Shown here: one piece after another, positions 13,271 to 26,515 of the stretch | How the letters are laid out: each line of letters starts with the position of its first letter | Numbering within the stretch: position 1 is the first letter of the stretch | Source of the DNA: Haliotis rufescens | Lineage: Eukaryota | Reading direction: 5' to 3' | Length of the DNA stretch: 64,000 nucleotides | NCBI RefSeq assembly: GCF_023055435.1 | Contig: NW_025963791.1 | Coordinates: 11,532,001-11,596,000, forward strand | Translations under genes and position numbers: made by a program | Notes under the pieces: generated by a model | Seen by the model: only the letters and a program-made list of their open reading frames with translations | What the model was told of the DNA's origin: nothing | The model's database searches: none

Positions 13271-16200
13271 GGGCATAACTTGTAATGACGTTGTTAATTC
13301 TGTTGACAATACAAGTATCTTCCCCTAAGTCTGTATGGGACATGTTAGGACACCAAAGCGCCATTGCCCTAACGTTTCTCAATCGCTAAGGGCGGTGAGG
13401 TAGCGGCAACCCCCCGGGTTCGATTTCCCAAACGGGTAAAAAGTGTGAAGCACATTTCTGGTAACGTATCCTGTTGAATCTTTAGGGCAAATATTCTGTT
13501 TCCGTCCTAAACTGACAATGCCTTATCCTTATCGTTTATGGAATAATGCTGACTGAGGCATTAACAACCCACTCACTTTTCCCACTTCTTGCAAGTTTTC
13601 TGTATTTGATACAGATAACAATGACAGCCACGGTGAGAAAAAGGATGATCGCTGCCTCAACAACTGCAGCTATGAGTGGGCCAGGGGTGGAACCGACACT
13701 GAAACAACGAAAGGAAATACAGACTACAAACTCTGCGATAGGGTTTTTCCAAAATAGGTTTATACTCCACCAAACTGGTTAGTTTGACTTGGAAGTTATT
13801 GGCACAAAAGGGCTTCCATATGTCAGTATTCCTATCAAAAGTCGAGAAGTATATTATAGTGAACACTGATATTACTGGTACTGTACTGGAGAAGACAGAA
13901 TAATTTAGTTCTAAAAAACCAGAGATTTTGTTCTGTAGGGCAGAACATGCTTACCCCATTCCTCGCTGTTTTTTTCAGGGTTCCATTCATATAATTTTCA
14001 CATCTATTTTCCTCTTTATGCCAAATGGAATCTGTTTCGGACGATAATCAAGATTGATTATCCTCTTCTAGTGACGTTTTATATTCTGTGAATTGCCAAC
14101 AGGTATGGTACAACAGACAACAGACAACAGAGAATAATACGACAGTACAATGATGGGTATAGATGAAGAACTGGCGAGAGGGACACCATGGACTGACTTA
14201 CGTGGTTTCCAGTTCTTCATACACGCATCTGTCGCACTCATATTGACTGGGGCATTCGGCCGTGTACCTTACATTGGGCTCCAGAACATCCACATTGAAT
14301 GCTACAGAGTTTCCAGTCGCTCTTCCCACCTGTGATTGATCATTTAACAAGGTGATCTTAAAGCACATCTCAAAACGTAGGTAACATAAAGCACTGTAAC
14401 GAATAAAATTGAATAAAACAGTCAATGAAATCTAGTAGTCAGGGTATGCCGGAAAAAATCCAGGAACAACAATTATGTGTTAACGTGATTAGTTCTTGGG
14501 TATTTCACAACTTTCTGTTTGACTGAAATGTCCATATTCTATTTGATTGTCCTACTTATCTGATACTAGTATTATAAATCCAGATTAAGAATGAATTTCA
14601 TATATATTTTTTCACTTTCACTTTTTTTTCTTTTTCTTTCACTTTTTCTTTTAAACAAATTATAATTTACTTCTTTGTATTCCAGGTCATTTGTTCCGAT
14701 GCCTCGCACTATCTGATAGATGACAAAGCCACTTGCACCATTGCTGTCCTCATCAAATACACGACGTTGTTTGCCGTCCCTGTAGACATCCAGCTGAACA
14801 TCTTTGGTGTAGCGGATCAACTCAGAGGTTGAGTATTCTGGACACTTTGTGGCAGTCCCTCGACAGACATGATGAAGGCTGCTTCTGAAACCTTGGACCA
14901 AGGCATACAAGGCAGTGGTAGCAAATGGGACCCATGTGTCAATCTGATGGTGACTTGAGAGCAGTGAGGGAGTACATTCCTGTTTGTTCTTTTCCAGAAA
15001 ACTGCCTGGGAAGAAACAGTTTGCTCTTATCTCCAAAAATGGTCTCAGCCAGGGGTTTACATCGGAAGAGCTGCTGATATTGCGAAAATACTGTTCAAAA
15101 TTTGGGTCAACTGGAAGATCCTGAGCCATGGTGAAGCTTCCTTTCAGGTTGTAGTTGCCTTTAATAACGTTAGTCCGTCTAGCCCAGCCCTCTCCAGATC
15201 CAACGAAAATAAACTCTCCCAGTTTAATCTCTTCACTGACAGCTGTCATCAGAGCTGGTGTGGTGTGTGATCGGGAAAACACAATCACCATTCTGGCTGC
15301 CCTAAACTGTCTCAGTTTATACACGATGCCCACGTATTGTTTTGGATCAATGTCTTCTTTCACTGGTACGCTTTGTGCTACACAAACTCCTGCTTTCTTA
15401 GCTGCTTCCAGGACAGAATCCCGACCAGACTGTCCATACGCCTCATCAGTGTACAACACCTGGATGTACTTGGCTCCGAGCTTCTTTACTATCACCATCA
15501 TCGGTCCTGCTTGGTCATCGAGTGATGATGCTGTTCTCATGAAAGTGGGGTATTCTTTCCTGTCACTCAGTTTGGAGCTTGTGGAAGCAAAGGCTATAAA
15601 CAATTGGTCCAGTTGTTTCATTGTGGATGCTAGTGGAATGCTGATCGAACTCGCTAATGGCCCTATGTAGCCAATTACTTTGTCACTTATCGCTGAACTT
15701 TGGACCCCATCCCCGAGATGAAGTTCACCTTTATGTAATTTCACAATTTTATCCCTAATTATCACAGGGTTGTTGCATGTGTCCAGCACAACCAACCCCA
15801 TGGATGTGTTACCAAGAACTGATGCAAATTCTCCTGTTTTGTTGTTCACATCTTTTGTAGCAAACATCAAAGCCTCTGCAATGTCTACACCTACAGCTGA
15901 CCTTAAGGGACCACACCTAAAGACGTTTAGGGAGTCTCCATCAGTGCTTAGTCTGTTGTGTATGGGAACAAGAGCAACAACATAATAGTCCCCTTTAATG
16001 TGTATGATCTCCTCCAATGGGTCTTTTAGGCATTCTGGACAGTTGTATCCCTTGTGACAATTACCAGGAACTTGGCCGCCCTCTTTGCCAGATTTATCAA
16101 AGGATTGAATTTGATCAAGGGACAACTTCAGTGATCCATTGAACGATCCAACCTGAAATACAAATAAAATTTACAATTGAACTATTCAATTAATTGATAT

Positions 16201-18959
16201 TGATTGATTTAAATGAATTACATTATTGAATGTTATGATATCAACAAGAACATAAATAATAATAATGAATGTCACAGTGCCATAGAATGAGGATAATTTG
16301 TCTGCTCTTCAATTATGACCTACCTCATGAAAATTAAATTCTGTGTGATTCCTCTTGTAGTTGTAAATTTCGTACAAGCTCTTCTCAGTGTACATGTGCA
16401 TCTCGCCTTTGCTGAAGGATATGTTTCCCCTTCCTGGAAATAAACTACCCATCAGATCTGAGGGTTTGAGTCTCAGCTTTTCAATTTCTGCAATTAAGGT
16501 TCCCTGTGATACGTCGTTCATGGCATTGCATATTCTGTTCCCTGCACCACAAGTCCGACTGATGACGTTCTTGAAGGCCTGTGCCATCACACCAGTGGCT
16601 AGAACTGCATAGGAAATAAAAAGAGGTTGTTGGGTGATTCCATAGCTGTTGGACGAGTCACTCCAGCACTTGGTAATGTCAGTTTCTGGACGTAAATCAC
16701 ATCCAGTCAAAGACCGGAAGTAAAGAGATAACCAATGGTTTTCTTTTGCCTCTTCACGGAATGTTGTTGCATTTTGAAACAGAGTGTTCCAGTGAGAGGT
16801 AAATTCAGGTATTGGTTCATATACAGGTGTCGGTAGAAGAAGCCCTTTTGCTCGATCAAACACATTATTCTGACCGTTCTGTAGATACGATGGTTCCAGT
16901 GCTATCGCCTCGGACACAATCAACTGATACTGATCATTAAGTAGGTGTTCATCAAGGTATTCTAAGACTCTAGTCACAGTCCGTCCTTTCCCAAAGAACA
17001 CCATCCCCGAAACAGGGCTTGATTTGATGTCCAACTTTTCTCGCAGTGACGCAATACTGCTTGTTGTAGTGATCATTTCAAATACTGGAATGCAGATTCC
17101 CCGACGTTCAGATTCTACTTTCAAAGCTGTTGCACCTTCAATGCTATAGGAATCATTCTCGTAGCCAATGGCAACATAGTTCCATTTCAACTGTTGTATC
17201 AGCTGCAGCATGACCTGGAAAGAAGAAGTACCATTTTGAGTAGAAAACGTGTGCAAACATTCCGAATTTTATACCTCACTCTAATCTTTTGACAATCATT
17301 GTGCTGATGTCATGGTCTTGAAAACTGCCTCTATACATTGTCCAAATTCCTTGACCTTCAGTTCAGATCTCGGGAGTGACCTTGACTTTCACCTATAAGA
17401 GATGCTATCGATAAGGCATGACAAGTTTCCAGACGCTTTGTGTACTAACTGTTACCAATAAAGTGATTTGTGAGTGAAGGGTCTTGTTATCACTACTTCG
17501 GTTTTGTTTCCTTTGTACAGAAGTATGACAACCTAACCCCCCTTAGGCTTAAACACTTCATCCATGGATATCTTACTGATTCATCTGATGAAGGGACAAT
17601 AAGTAGGCCTGAGACGTCTTAACAAACAATAAAGAAGTTGTCATACCTACAAATCTCATGTCGTCATGTTAATGCAAATTAAAGAACTCAAACATTTGAT
17701 TGGATAACTTCGGCTTGTGAATAACTCAACCAATGAAACGCAATATAAATCTCACAAAACCAAGACGCATGAACATAACTTATGTTTTTATGTGGTGGAA
17801 GTGTGTCTCAACTCACCTCCACTTGGACATTGTCTGCCACTATGACACGTTACAGATTTTTGTAGATAGTTTTATCGGTGAGACTGGCGGCTGTGGCTGA
17901 GTAGCTGACCTGTAGCAGACGATCGTCTACCGGAAGTGAGCTTAGCAGACGTGACACTGGCTGAGTTTCTGATGTGGTTTCTGGGCCAAGAACACCTGGA
18001 AGTGGGATGATCAGGTAAAGACGCTAGCTGAATACCCAATCTTCCAGTGCTTCCTAGGAACAATGTGCTGTTTGGAACACATAATTAACTTTAAAATATA
18101 TAAAGTATATAACCTCTCGAGAAGGGCGTAATAGACAAAATAGCAGTGAGAACATCTTCTGGAGCAGACAAACAGCGCAAAAATAAAATGATAATTAAAT
18201 GAATGGGTCACCGAAAATCAGTGATAACATTTCAAGTCTTCTAAATTACTTGATCTTGTACCTACCCTTACTCTGTTGATACAAGAACCACCCACCAACA
18301 GCCAGGTACATCAGTGTAATTAGGTTGCTCACCAAAGAGAAGAGCTGTGGTATTTCCCTCTAATGTCCTCATCATCTCCAGTGTGCGCTTCACAGCTAGA
18401 GCTGGCTCTCCACACGTCCTGTGGGCCAGTAGACCTATTGTAACATCAACTCAAACGTGGGATTTGGAGATGAAATTTCAGCTTCAGTTTAATACAAGTA
18501 TAACTATTCTTAGTAAAAAGTATAATCAGTATTAAATTTTCCCAAATAAGATACACAATTTGCTTTGTGCATAAACGATAAGTGAGTATCCATTACTTGA
18601 AACTTGAAGATGTATTCAACTCTATGTTTTTTGGCATTCGATAGTATTATGTCATAAAGTAATTATGCCTTTGTTATCATGATTAATAAATTACGTTTTT
18701 TTTAAATATATGTATCATGAATATGACATTACAAAGGTTGTCAAAACGTTACTCGGCTGAAAACAGTCGCCGAAACACTGCGAACATAAGGTCTAAAGCA
18801 CAACCCGTTGGTTTGGAAGATCCACCTGCAGCAGTGAAAAATCGCTGAACACCTTTTTAGGGTATCTGTAAAAATGCACTAGCGGAAGTGGTATAAAATG
18901 CAATGGATCTTTGCCAAAACATTACAGGTAATGAATAGCACAAAAGATATGCCAGTTAA

Positions 18960-20020
18960 CTGCGCAACAGAGAGCAAGGGTCGAAGGAATGAGGCAAATG
19001 GGTGCGAACCATATCGAGATTGCAAGAAACATCAACCGAACCTGCAAACATCGTCAGTCTGTTAGAACCTTACAGTCAGACTGGCTACACGCAAGGCAGG
19101 GCAAAATCAGGCAGTCCAGGCGTAACGAATGACCTGTACTTGTGCAGTTTGCATAACAGGTACGTCATAGCGACGGAAGCGGTAGCAACAGCGTTTGGGC
19201 GCCGCATCAGTCGACGCACTGTGTTACGACGTCTCGGTGTCCCAGGCATTCGAGCCTGCCACACCTTTCGTGAAATGGTCGAAGACGTCACAGTGCAAGG
19301 AGGTGAGGTGAATTGGGTTTAAGGTCGCGTCCAAGATTAATGGACTTATATACCATGACGCAGTTTACCATGAATACCCCACTCAGTTGCAATATACTGA
19401 CTCCGAGCCGACCAGTCTTTGTTTTAGCCCCTTAACGACATTTACCATCCCCGGACCTTCGCTCTCCGTCTACCACTAGGCCATGGGCAAGGAACAATGC
19501 TGGCAGATTGGTGACTGGCAGGGAGTGCTTTTTACTGACGATTGGCACTAGGCTGCATTCAGGAGTTGCATCCATATGGTGGCGGTGGGTGATGGTTTGT
19601 GGAGGAAGTTGTGGCAACCAGCGGACGGGACTTGTCATTATCCATGGGAACGTCAACTGCCAGATCCACAGGGACGATGCTTTTCAACCCGGAGTGTTAC
19701 CATTCCCTCGCCAACAGTAGCATTAAATATTCGGCACGACAATGTAAGGCCGCACACTGCATAGGATTTCGTGGCTGTGCACAACGTCGCCGTTCTTCCA
19801 CGACGAATTCACTCACCAGACTTAAACCCTATTGTACACTTTGATCATCTGGATCGTCAGATCAGGATTCGGCCCCAGCCGCTACAGAACCGTCAACAGC
19901 TGGAAGCCGCTCTGACGGACGAGAGGCAACAGATTAACAATGATGTCATCAAGCGACTGACGACATCGATCTGACGGCGGGTCTGAGCTTGCATCGGTGC
20001 TCGTGACATTCGCTATTGAA
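18960..20020 (+). mobile_element. Degenerate Tc1/mariner transposase in intron 1 of copy A
   Basis: Frameshifted pieces: ISRRTVLRRL, VMVCGG...IIHGNVN, HDNVRPHTA, SPDLNPIVH, LEAAL..ERQQI..DVIKRLTTSI. Interrupted by a SINE fragment at ~19298-19435. Confidence 0.85.
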
Positions 20021-20364
20021 AATGCCTTGGTGGCTTTTCTTTGACATATGTGATGTAATGTGGTGTCGGTTGTACGGGTCGTCGATATTAAATGATCTGT
20101 TTAAAACTCATGTAGGCATTTTGCTTCAACGGGTAAATGTATTGTGAAAATGAAAAAACAACAACATTCAAACATTGTCCTAACTTTACCACAGTGATTG
20201 AAGCCATGACAAGCTTTTATGAACGTCGTGCATGTCACAGTATGGCGGGAAAACACCAGGTATGGACTTCACGTGTTGGAGATCGAACCCAGACATTTAG
20301 CGTGACGATCGAACGTTTTACCCACAAGGCAACATCACCGCCCCTGTAACTATATGAATATATA

Positions 20365-20612
20365 AGAATGTTATATTTGTATCTACCTAGGATGATCCCT
20401 GGGATGAAGGCCTGGCGGTAAATTAGTTGCATCATGCATCAGCTAAGATTCAGGAAATAATTAGCATGTTATACTTCTACCTACCTAGGGTGATCCCTGG
20501 GATGAAGTTCTGGCGGTAAATTAGTTGCATCATGCATCTGCTAAGATTCAGGAAATAATTAGCATGTTATATTTGTATCTACCTAGGGTGATCCCTGGGA
20601 TGAAGTTCTGGC
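20365..20612. repeat. ~99-bp tandem repeat spanning exon1/intron1 donor of copy A
   Basis: Three copies of ctacctaggRtgatccctgggatgaag. A partial extra copy occurs at the same place in copy B (44695-44810). Confidence 0.85.
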
Positions 20613-21716
20613 GATTGAGTTGCTTGAGGGTCCATCGAACGGCTTCGTGAATTTGAACAGAGACACGGTCGATGCCGGCACACTGGCCGCCTTCACTTGA
20701 CTGTATGGAGAACAACCCTCCCATCAGGATATCCCCCGGCAACGTGACGACGTTCTGTGACTTCCCCGGCACCACGATGACCAGCACCAACAGACAGATT
20801 CCTGCAGGGACTGCCATGCTGCAAGAACGCAGGGGTAGATTTCATCGTTAAGATGCAATGTTTTTCTTGATACTGTACAATCTGAAGATCATTTCTGAAA
20901 ACAAAATGTCAGCATAGTTCCAACAATATCACGGCGGTGTGTGGGCCTGACAAACCTGATATGATCAACGTGCTACGCCGTTGGGTACAATGAAACACAG
21001 CACACAATTAACCAAGCCATCGAGAACCTGCGCATAGACTTTCGAGATTTAGAGACAACGTCGCTTTGAGCCATTTCAAGACGCAGAAGTGATGATTCAA
21101 AACGTTATAGCCAGAGAATAATCAGTCTGGAATATCTGCCGAAACAGTCTCTCTGTTCAAAGGGCAACTTCTTACTGAAAAGTACATGACAGTATCACTG
21201 AAAATCAGAAGCTTGTCCTGCTCTTTCGTTAGCACCCACCACACACACAAGTTTCATTAAAGAAAAACTGACCACCAGATCCATTTAAGTAAGTGCCAGT
21301 GACTAACAAGGTGTGAAAACTTCGTGTAAAGTCATAGTATAGGATGGCATTTCGCACCACATTGACAAACAACGCGTCATATTTTGTAAATTCCTCTGAA
21401 TGTGTACTGTACAGGCTCTTGAATGACTTAACCAGGACTTTAATGGCGAAACCTTAATTGAAAGCATAGTTGTTAGCAAAGTGTGTCTGTACAATTTGAA
21501 TAAAATGTACCTGCTGTAAAGTGCCCAAGAAACTGATAAATGCGTTCGCCTTAAGCTGGATAATTATGAGATAAACATACATGTTTTCAATGTACAGTTG
21601 AGATACCTTGTAGATTTAACCGCGCTAAATTGAATTTGGAACCGAACGCGCAGTGTGGGGTTTCAAATGTTAACTCAAGCAGTTTAATTCCAGTAGGTTT
21701 TTCTACATAAAGAAAG

Positions 21717-21964
21717 GACCCGTGAAGATCCGGGGTAGAATAGGTCTTCAGCAACCCATGCTTGCTGTAAAAGGCGACTTTGCTTGTCGTAGGAGGCGAC
21801 TAACGGGATCGGGTGGTCAGACGCCAACTTGGTTGATGCATGTCATCGATCCCAATTGCGTTGGTCGATGCTCATGATATCAATCAATGGATTGTCTGGT
21901 CCAGACTCGATTATGTACACAGACCGCCGTCATATTGCTGAGTGCGGCGTTAAACAACAAACAA
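21717..21964 (+). mobile_element. SINE-like family 3 (non-tRNA structured head, (AAAC)n tail)
   Basis: TSD acataaagaaag. Other copies: 1-150(+), 10293-10553(-), 12597-12864(-), 36750-36985(-), 45803-45995(-), 48048-48288(-), 63085-63294(-); diverged at ~51790, 56430 and 56820. Confidence 0.88.
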
Positions 21965-24569
21965 ACATAAAGAAAGACTGAGCAATATTTCCTTCAACAC
22001 CGCACGTCACTACTATGACGCCATATCGCTCATTGTGACACACAAGATATGACGTCACATAGTATACAGTAAAGCGCCACATTTCAAGGGCTCTGTTGTC
22101 CACTAAACTTGAAATACATTCTCTTTGTAGAGTATTTTAGCGAGGTTTCTGTATTTCAACGCATCCTTTAAAGATTATAATAACCGCAACTTTGCATTTA
22201 GTTACCTATAATATAGTCATTTAAAAATACAAAACCCATTTAATGCGATCTAACGTGTTTAACGTTGGCGACACTTAACGCTGTTTTTTGTTTTTTTTCA
22301 TATTTCAAATGATGTTCAGTGTTCCATTCATATAACTTTCACCGCTATTTTGCCTTTTTTGCCATATGGAATCTGTCTAGGAGAGGAGAATGGTCTTAGG
22401 ACTGTATCAAATTTTGCTAACACCCCTCTTCGCTGTGACATTATTTTATGACCCCACCCCCACGCACACACACGCCAACTCGACCACTAAAATCTCAATA
22501 GGTCTACCTACATTTTAACCAACCTAATCTACAGATTTCAAATCGGCAGGTAGGGGTACTCAGGGTGTTGTAAATAGAGCGACAAACACTTTCCATAAGC
22601 TATAGAAATCTATGCCAAAAGCAGATTCGATTGTACAATTCCGACTATATCATGAGCCTGTGTTTATGAATCACTATCAAATAGTAATGATACCAGGTGT
22701 TCGCGAAAAAGTGAGCGTTGCCTGCCCCACCGATGGCACCGTCACAAACACATGCAAAAACAAGTCAATTGTTCACCTGAAAAAAAAAACACGGGAAGAA
22801 ATAGTATAAGTCAAAATAGGGAATTGAATCGGACATATTTTTTTTCACTGATGCGTCAAATTTGGAAATATCCTCCACATGTCTACCATAAAACGTTTTG
22901 AAAGCTTTACTGAGGTCTTGAATGCTGTAACTTGATCAAACAACTGAGCAAGTGTTGTAACCCATTGTCGTTAAGTCTGTTTGCTTGGTCACCCTTCGAA
23001 ATGAGCAGAATATATTCTTGTCTCAGTTTCCTGCACAACAGGAGAAGTGATAAGAAAAGTGTAATAAATCTAGGTCAGCCCAAGACGTGGGTCGTATTAT
23101 CTTAAAAAACAGTCTAATGTGTAGTATAGTATAAAACATTGACACTTAAAGAAATAAAGTTTACTTTTCCTGACCCCTTACGGTAAGAGGTGTATAGGCT
23201 CTCGTTTCACTCGGGCTATATTATAAGTGACCACATAGTGTGACTGATGTTAAAAGAATGTTTCAAATAAACGAGATGTCATACCATAGACTTGATATGA
23301 CAGGCTGTAACGTTCACAAAACGTCTTGTCCAGATTGCTGACGAGAATATTCTTTGAGATTTTCAAAAGAAATATCTAACACCTTCAAAATATTTCTTTC
23401 TAAAGTTTACAAGTCTTGTATTGTTTAGAACAGAATATAAGACACAATTACCAGCATGGAGTAACTGAGTTATTTTCTAATAAACAAAAGGATATACATT
23501 ATTGTTCAATGGACTTCCCAGTTGGCAATTAATAGCAACATACTGGGGTTTGTCCGAGGTGCTATTAATAGCCAACTGGGTATTCCATGGAACTTTCAAG
23601 ACTTCATACCCGGTGTGTTCTGTTCGCAGAAGTAACAAAACGACCGGGATGCATGCAGGCATGTGGATGCAGCTAATTATATTATATGCAAATCCATAAA
23701 AGATATTACGGAATTAAGTGAAGGTTTATAGATATTAATATTAATCTAGGTTTTCTTTGATTAAAACATGGCAGGCTGATAAGGAATGATTATACATTCC
23801 AGGGATGTGGGGATTTCTTTTCATGCTAATTCAACACGGGTTCTCTTTTCTCCCTGCTACACACATGCTAATGATAGTTTTCCCGATATCCGTACCCCTT
23901 TGGGTAATATTCTCTCAACAACAATGTGTGGTAAACTTCGGAACAGAGAATACAATATGGCGCGTGAAATCAGCTTTACGCGTGTGACGTTTATGAGGCA
24001 GATCGTCATAAAAGAAGCAAAAGTCATCAGAATCTCACCTGTCAATCTAGCTCAACCTCCAGTTCTGAAATCTGTTGTTGATGACCACTCTATTTCACGA
24101 CACAGACGAAGGGCAACTTAAGTAGAGCACGGAGATGATTGTGTTTATTCCAAGGCAAGATAATGTGAACTCACCCCTTCTCTCTTCTTTCTGAACGTGT
24201 ATATCTCTATCTGTTCAAGCATGGGCAGCCATGCGTGCGTCTTCTTTGTGGCGTTTGAAAAGGAGACGGGCACGTTCTGCATGAGGTCTTACATAAAGAT
24301 AGGGGTGGGGGTGGGGGTGGGGGTGGGGGTGGAGAGTGGGAATGGTGAAGGTGATGGGTGGGATTGTGGATGGATGTTTTTTTTCAGGATTTCCAGAAAA
24401 CCATATATTATCATTGGTTCGGTTAGTTCCCTAAATTAGATTGGTTTATGGATAGTGTCGTGCTTTCCAAGACAAATAAGACAAATTATAACCATTGCAG
24501 CTAAGTGTAACACTATTTTCCAGGGCATTATCATTTGCAGAAGCCATCGGCTTTACATTACCCATTACA

Positions 24570-25245
24570 TAACACACACGCCAACACGCCCATACATACA
24601 CACACGCCCACACACATATACACATACATACACACACGCCCACACACATTTACACATACATATACACACGCCCACATATACAAACACGCCCACACATACA
24701 CACACGCCCTTACACATGCAAACACGTCCACACATACAAACACGCCCACACATACAAACACGCCCATACACACACACGCCCACACATGCACACACGCCAA
24801 CACATACAAACATGCCAAAACACATACACACACGCCCACGATACCCATGCATGCATGCCAACACGCCCTCACACACACACACTTACACATACACGCACGC
24901 ACCACCACCCTCCCTCACACACGCACGCTCGCACGCACACATACACGCACGCACCACCATCCTTACACGCGCACGCTCGCATGCACACATACACGCACGC
25001 ACCACCACCCTCCCTCACACACGCACGCTCGCACGCACACATACACGCACGCACCACCATCCTTACACGCGCACGCTCGCATGCACACATACACGCACGC
25101 ACCACCACCCTCCCTCACACACGCACGCTCGCACGCACACATACACGCACGCACCACCACCCTCCCTCACACACGCACGCTCGCACGCACCACCACCATC
25201 CTTACACACGCACGCTCGCACGCACATACACATGCCCACGCACAA
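24570..25245. repeat. Complex CA-rich micro/minisatellite
   Basis: CACACGCC/CACATA units, then ~110-bp higher-order units. A related tract lies at 27660-27810. Confidence 0.9.
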
Positions 25246-26340
25246 GCGTTAGCTTCGGGAATGTTACCCTGAGTCAATTTATGTTATTATCATGATTTGG
25301 ATGATTCTAAAACTTGTTTTCTTATGAATTGTTTCTTTCAACTTAAGTTGCACTATTTATACCTTATTCTGTGTAACATTTTACCTACTATAGGGTCTAC
25401 TGGATTTTAGCCTGTTAAGCTAATAACGATGAAGAGAGATACGCAAATAGTATTACGAGATAAACTGACAGTGTCGCAGCATGCTATATTTACAACCCAC
25501 TTGCCCGACAAGCGAGTTTTAGTGGACTTACGTGTTAGCAACAACAATGCCTACTAGTAGATGTAAGGGATCACAGTCGTGTATAACATCGGAATTAGCT
25601 GTGCATAGGTATGACCCTTAGTCGTTGCAGCATCTCATGATCGTTGCTTGGTGACATAGATTCCTACCTAGTGAACCAAAGTAATAAAGTGATTCACCAA
25701 CAAGATCTGTGTAACTCACTTACTCAGTCGCTTGTATTTTGCAACTGTGTTAAGTAGGAAGAAAGCAATGCTTGTTTGTTAAAAATGTTTATTCAATGTA
25801 AAATGTACATAATATTCATTATAAATTTTAAGTTTCTCTTTTCATGTTGGTTCCCCACATGGGTACAATGTGTGAAGCCCATTTCTGGTGTCCCCCGACT
25901 TGATATTGCTGGAATATAGCTAAAGGCGGTGTTAAGACATACTCACTCACTCTTTTTGTGTTTACAAGTTAAATTGAAGTTCAATCAAAAAATGACGATG
26001 GCCCCAAACGTATGTCTGAATGACTTCAATATAAGGAATTGTTTACATGTTGCGAAGTTTTAAATATGTATGTATATGCATGTGCATCAAATTGGTTGCA
26101 GCCTTCTCGACGTACAAGAAAAAATATCAACGGTCATCGTTTCCGGTTTTTACTTGGACAACAAATAAGATGATGGACAAAGACATAATGTCCTATCATT
26201 GGCAAACTGTTGTTAATTGGGAATAATTTATTGTGGCCTAACCAGACAACCATGAAATATCGTATTTTAGTTAGTTTAAGAATTTTCCACAGAGAACAGC
26301 CACTTACAAGTTCAAAGAGTTCCGTGAGGTAATACATGTA

Positions 26341-26515
26341 CAGTAAACTACGTTTATAACGAACACGCTTATAACGAACTGACGGATATAACGAACTTAC
26401 TTTTTTGTCCCGACTATTTGCTGTAGTTATGTTGTATACATGCATATAACGAACTACGGCTACAACGAACTAAAATTAGTGGTCCCTTTAAGTTCGTTAT
26501 AACTGTAGTTTACTG
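26341..26515. mobile_element. TA-flanked MITE (CAGTAAACTAC...GTAGTTTACTG; Tc1/pogo-type) with internal ATAACGAAC subrepeats
   Basis: TIRs and TA TSD visible. Relatives at 40424-40778 and 60771-61496, both carrying nested insertions. Confidence 0.85.

Larger units (their letters stand above)
8806..13323. repeat. Tandem segmental duplication, two ~2.2-2.3 kb units (8806-11012 and 11028-13323)
   Basis: Both units start attgtacgcgtgatgaaatgc and end caagtatcttcc. Duplicate ORFs appear in the track. The units differ by a few indels and in GA microsatellite length, with a 15-nt junction. Confidence 0.95.
8728..20817 (-). pseudogene. Receptor copy A: paralogue of copy B with one in-frame TAA in exon 3 (null allele, recent pseudogene or base error)
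   Basis: Exons 20817-20583, 18434-18333, 17995-17817, 17214-16324, 16152-14671, 14329-14202, 13698-13577 (TM: PLIAAVVEAAIILFLTVAVIVICIKYRK), 11764-11708, 9457-9401, 8780-8728 (EIYLHPVDDPSRKDDAQ*). Sum 3306 nt. Exons 1-5 have the same lengths as in copy B. TAA at 17852-17850 (codon 161) where copy B has TAC. All other exons are open. Confidence 0.75.

Noticed and set aside
13955-13965. 11-nt micro-exon in copy A
   Set aside because: The acceptor is A-rich, and inclusion would break the phase-2 junction that already joins exon 6 to the TM exon.
15155-15985. Plus-strand ORFs antisense to receptor exons (also 33521-34351, 13546-13782)
   Set aside because: They are shadow ORFs of the minus-strand coding exons.
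14572-17256. Calling the large ORFs metabotropic glutamate receptors (GRM)
   Set aside because: No nine-Cys domain or 7TM exons follow. There are two VFTs, a single TM and no Glu-specific basic residues, so no gene symbol was assigned.
24446-25295. His/Thr- or Val/Cys-rich ORFs
   Set aside because: These are translations of a CA-rich microsatellite in all frames.
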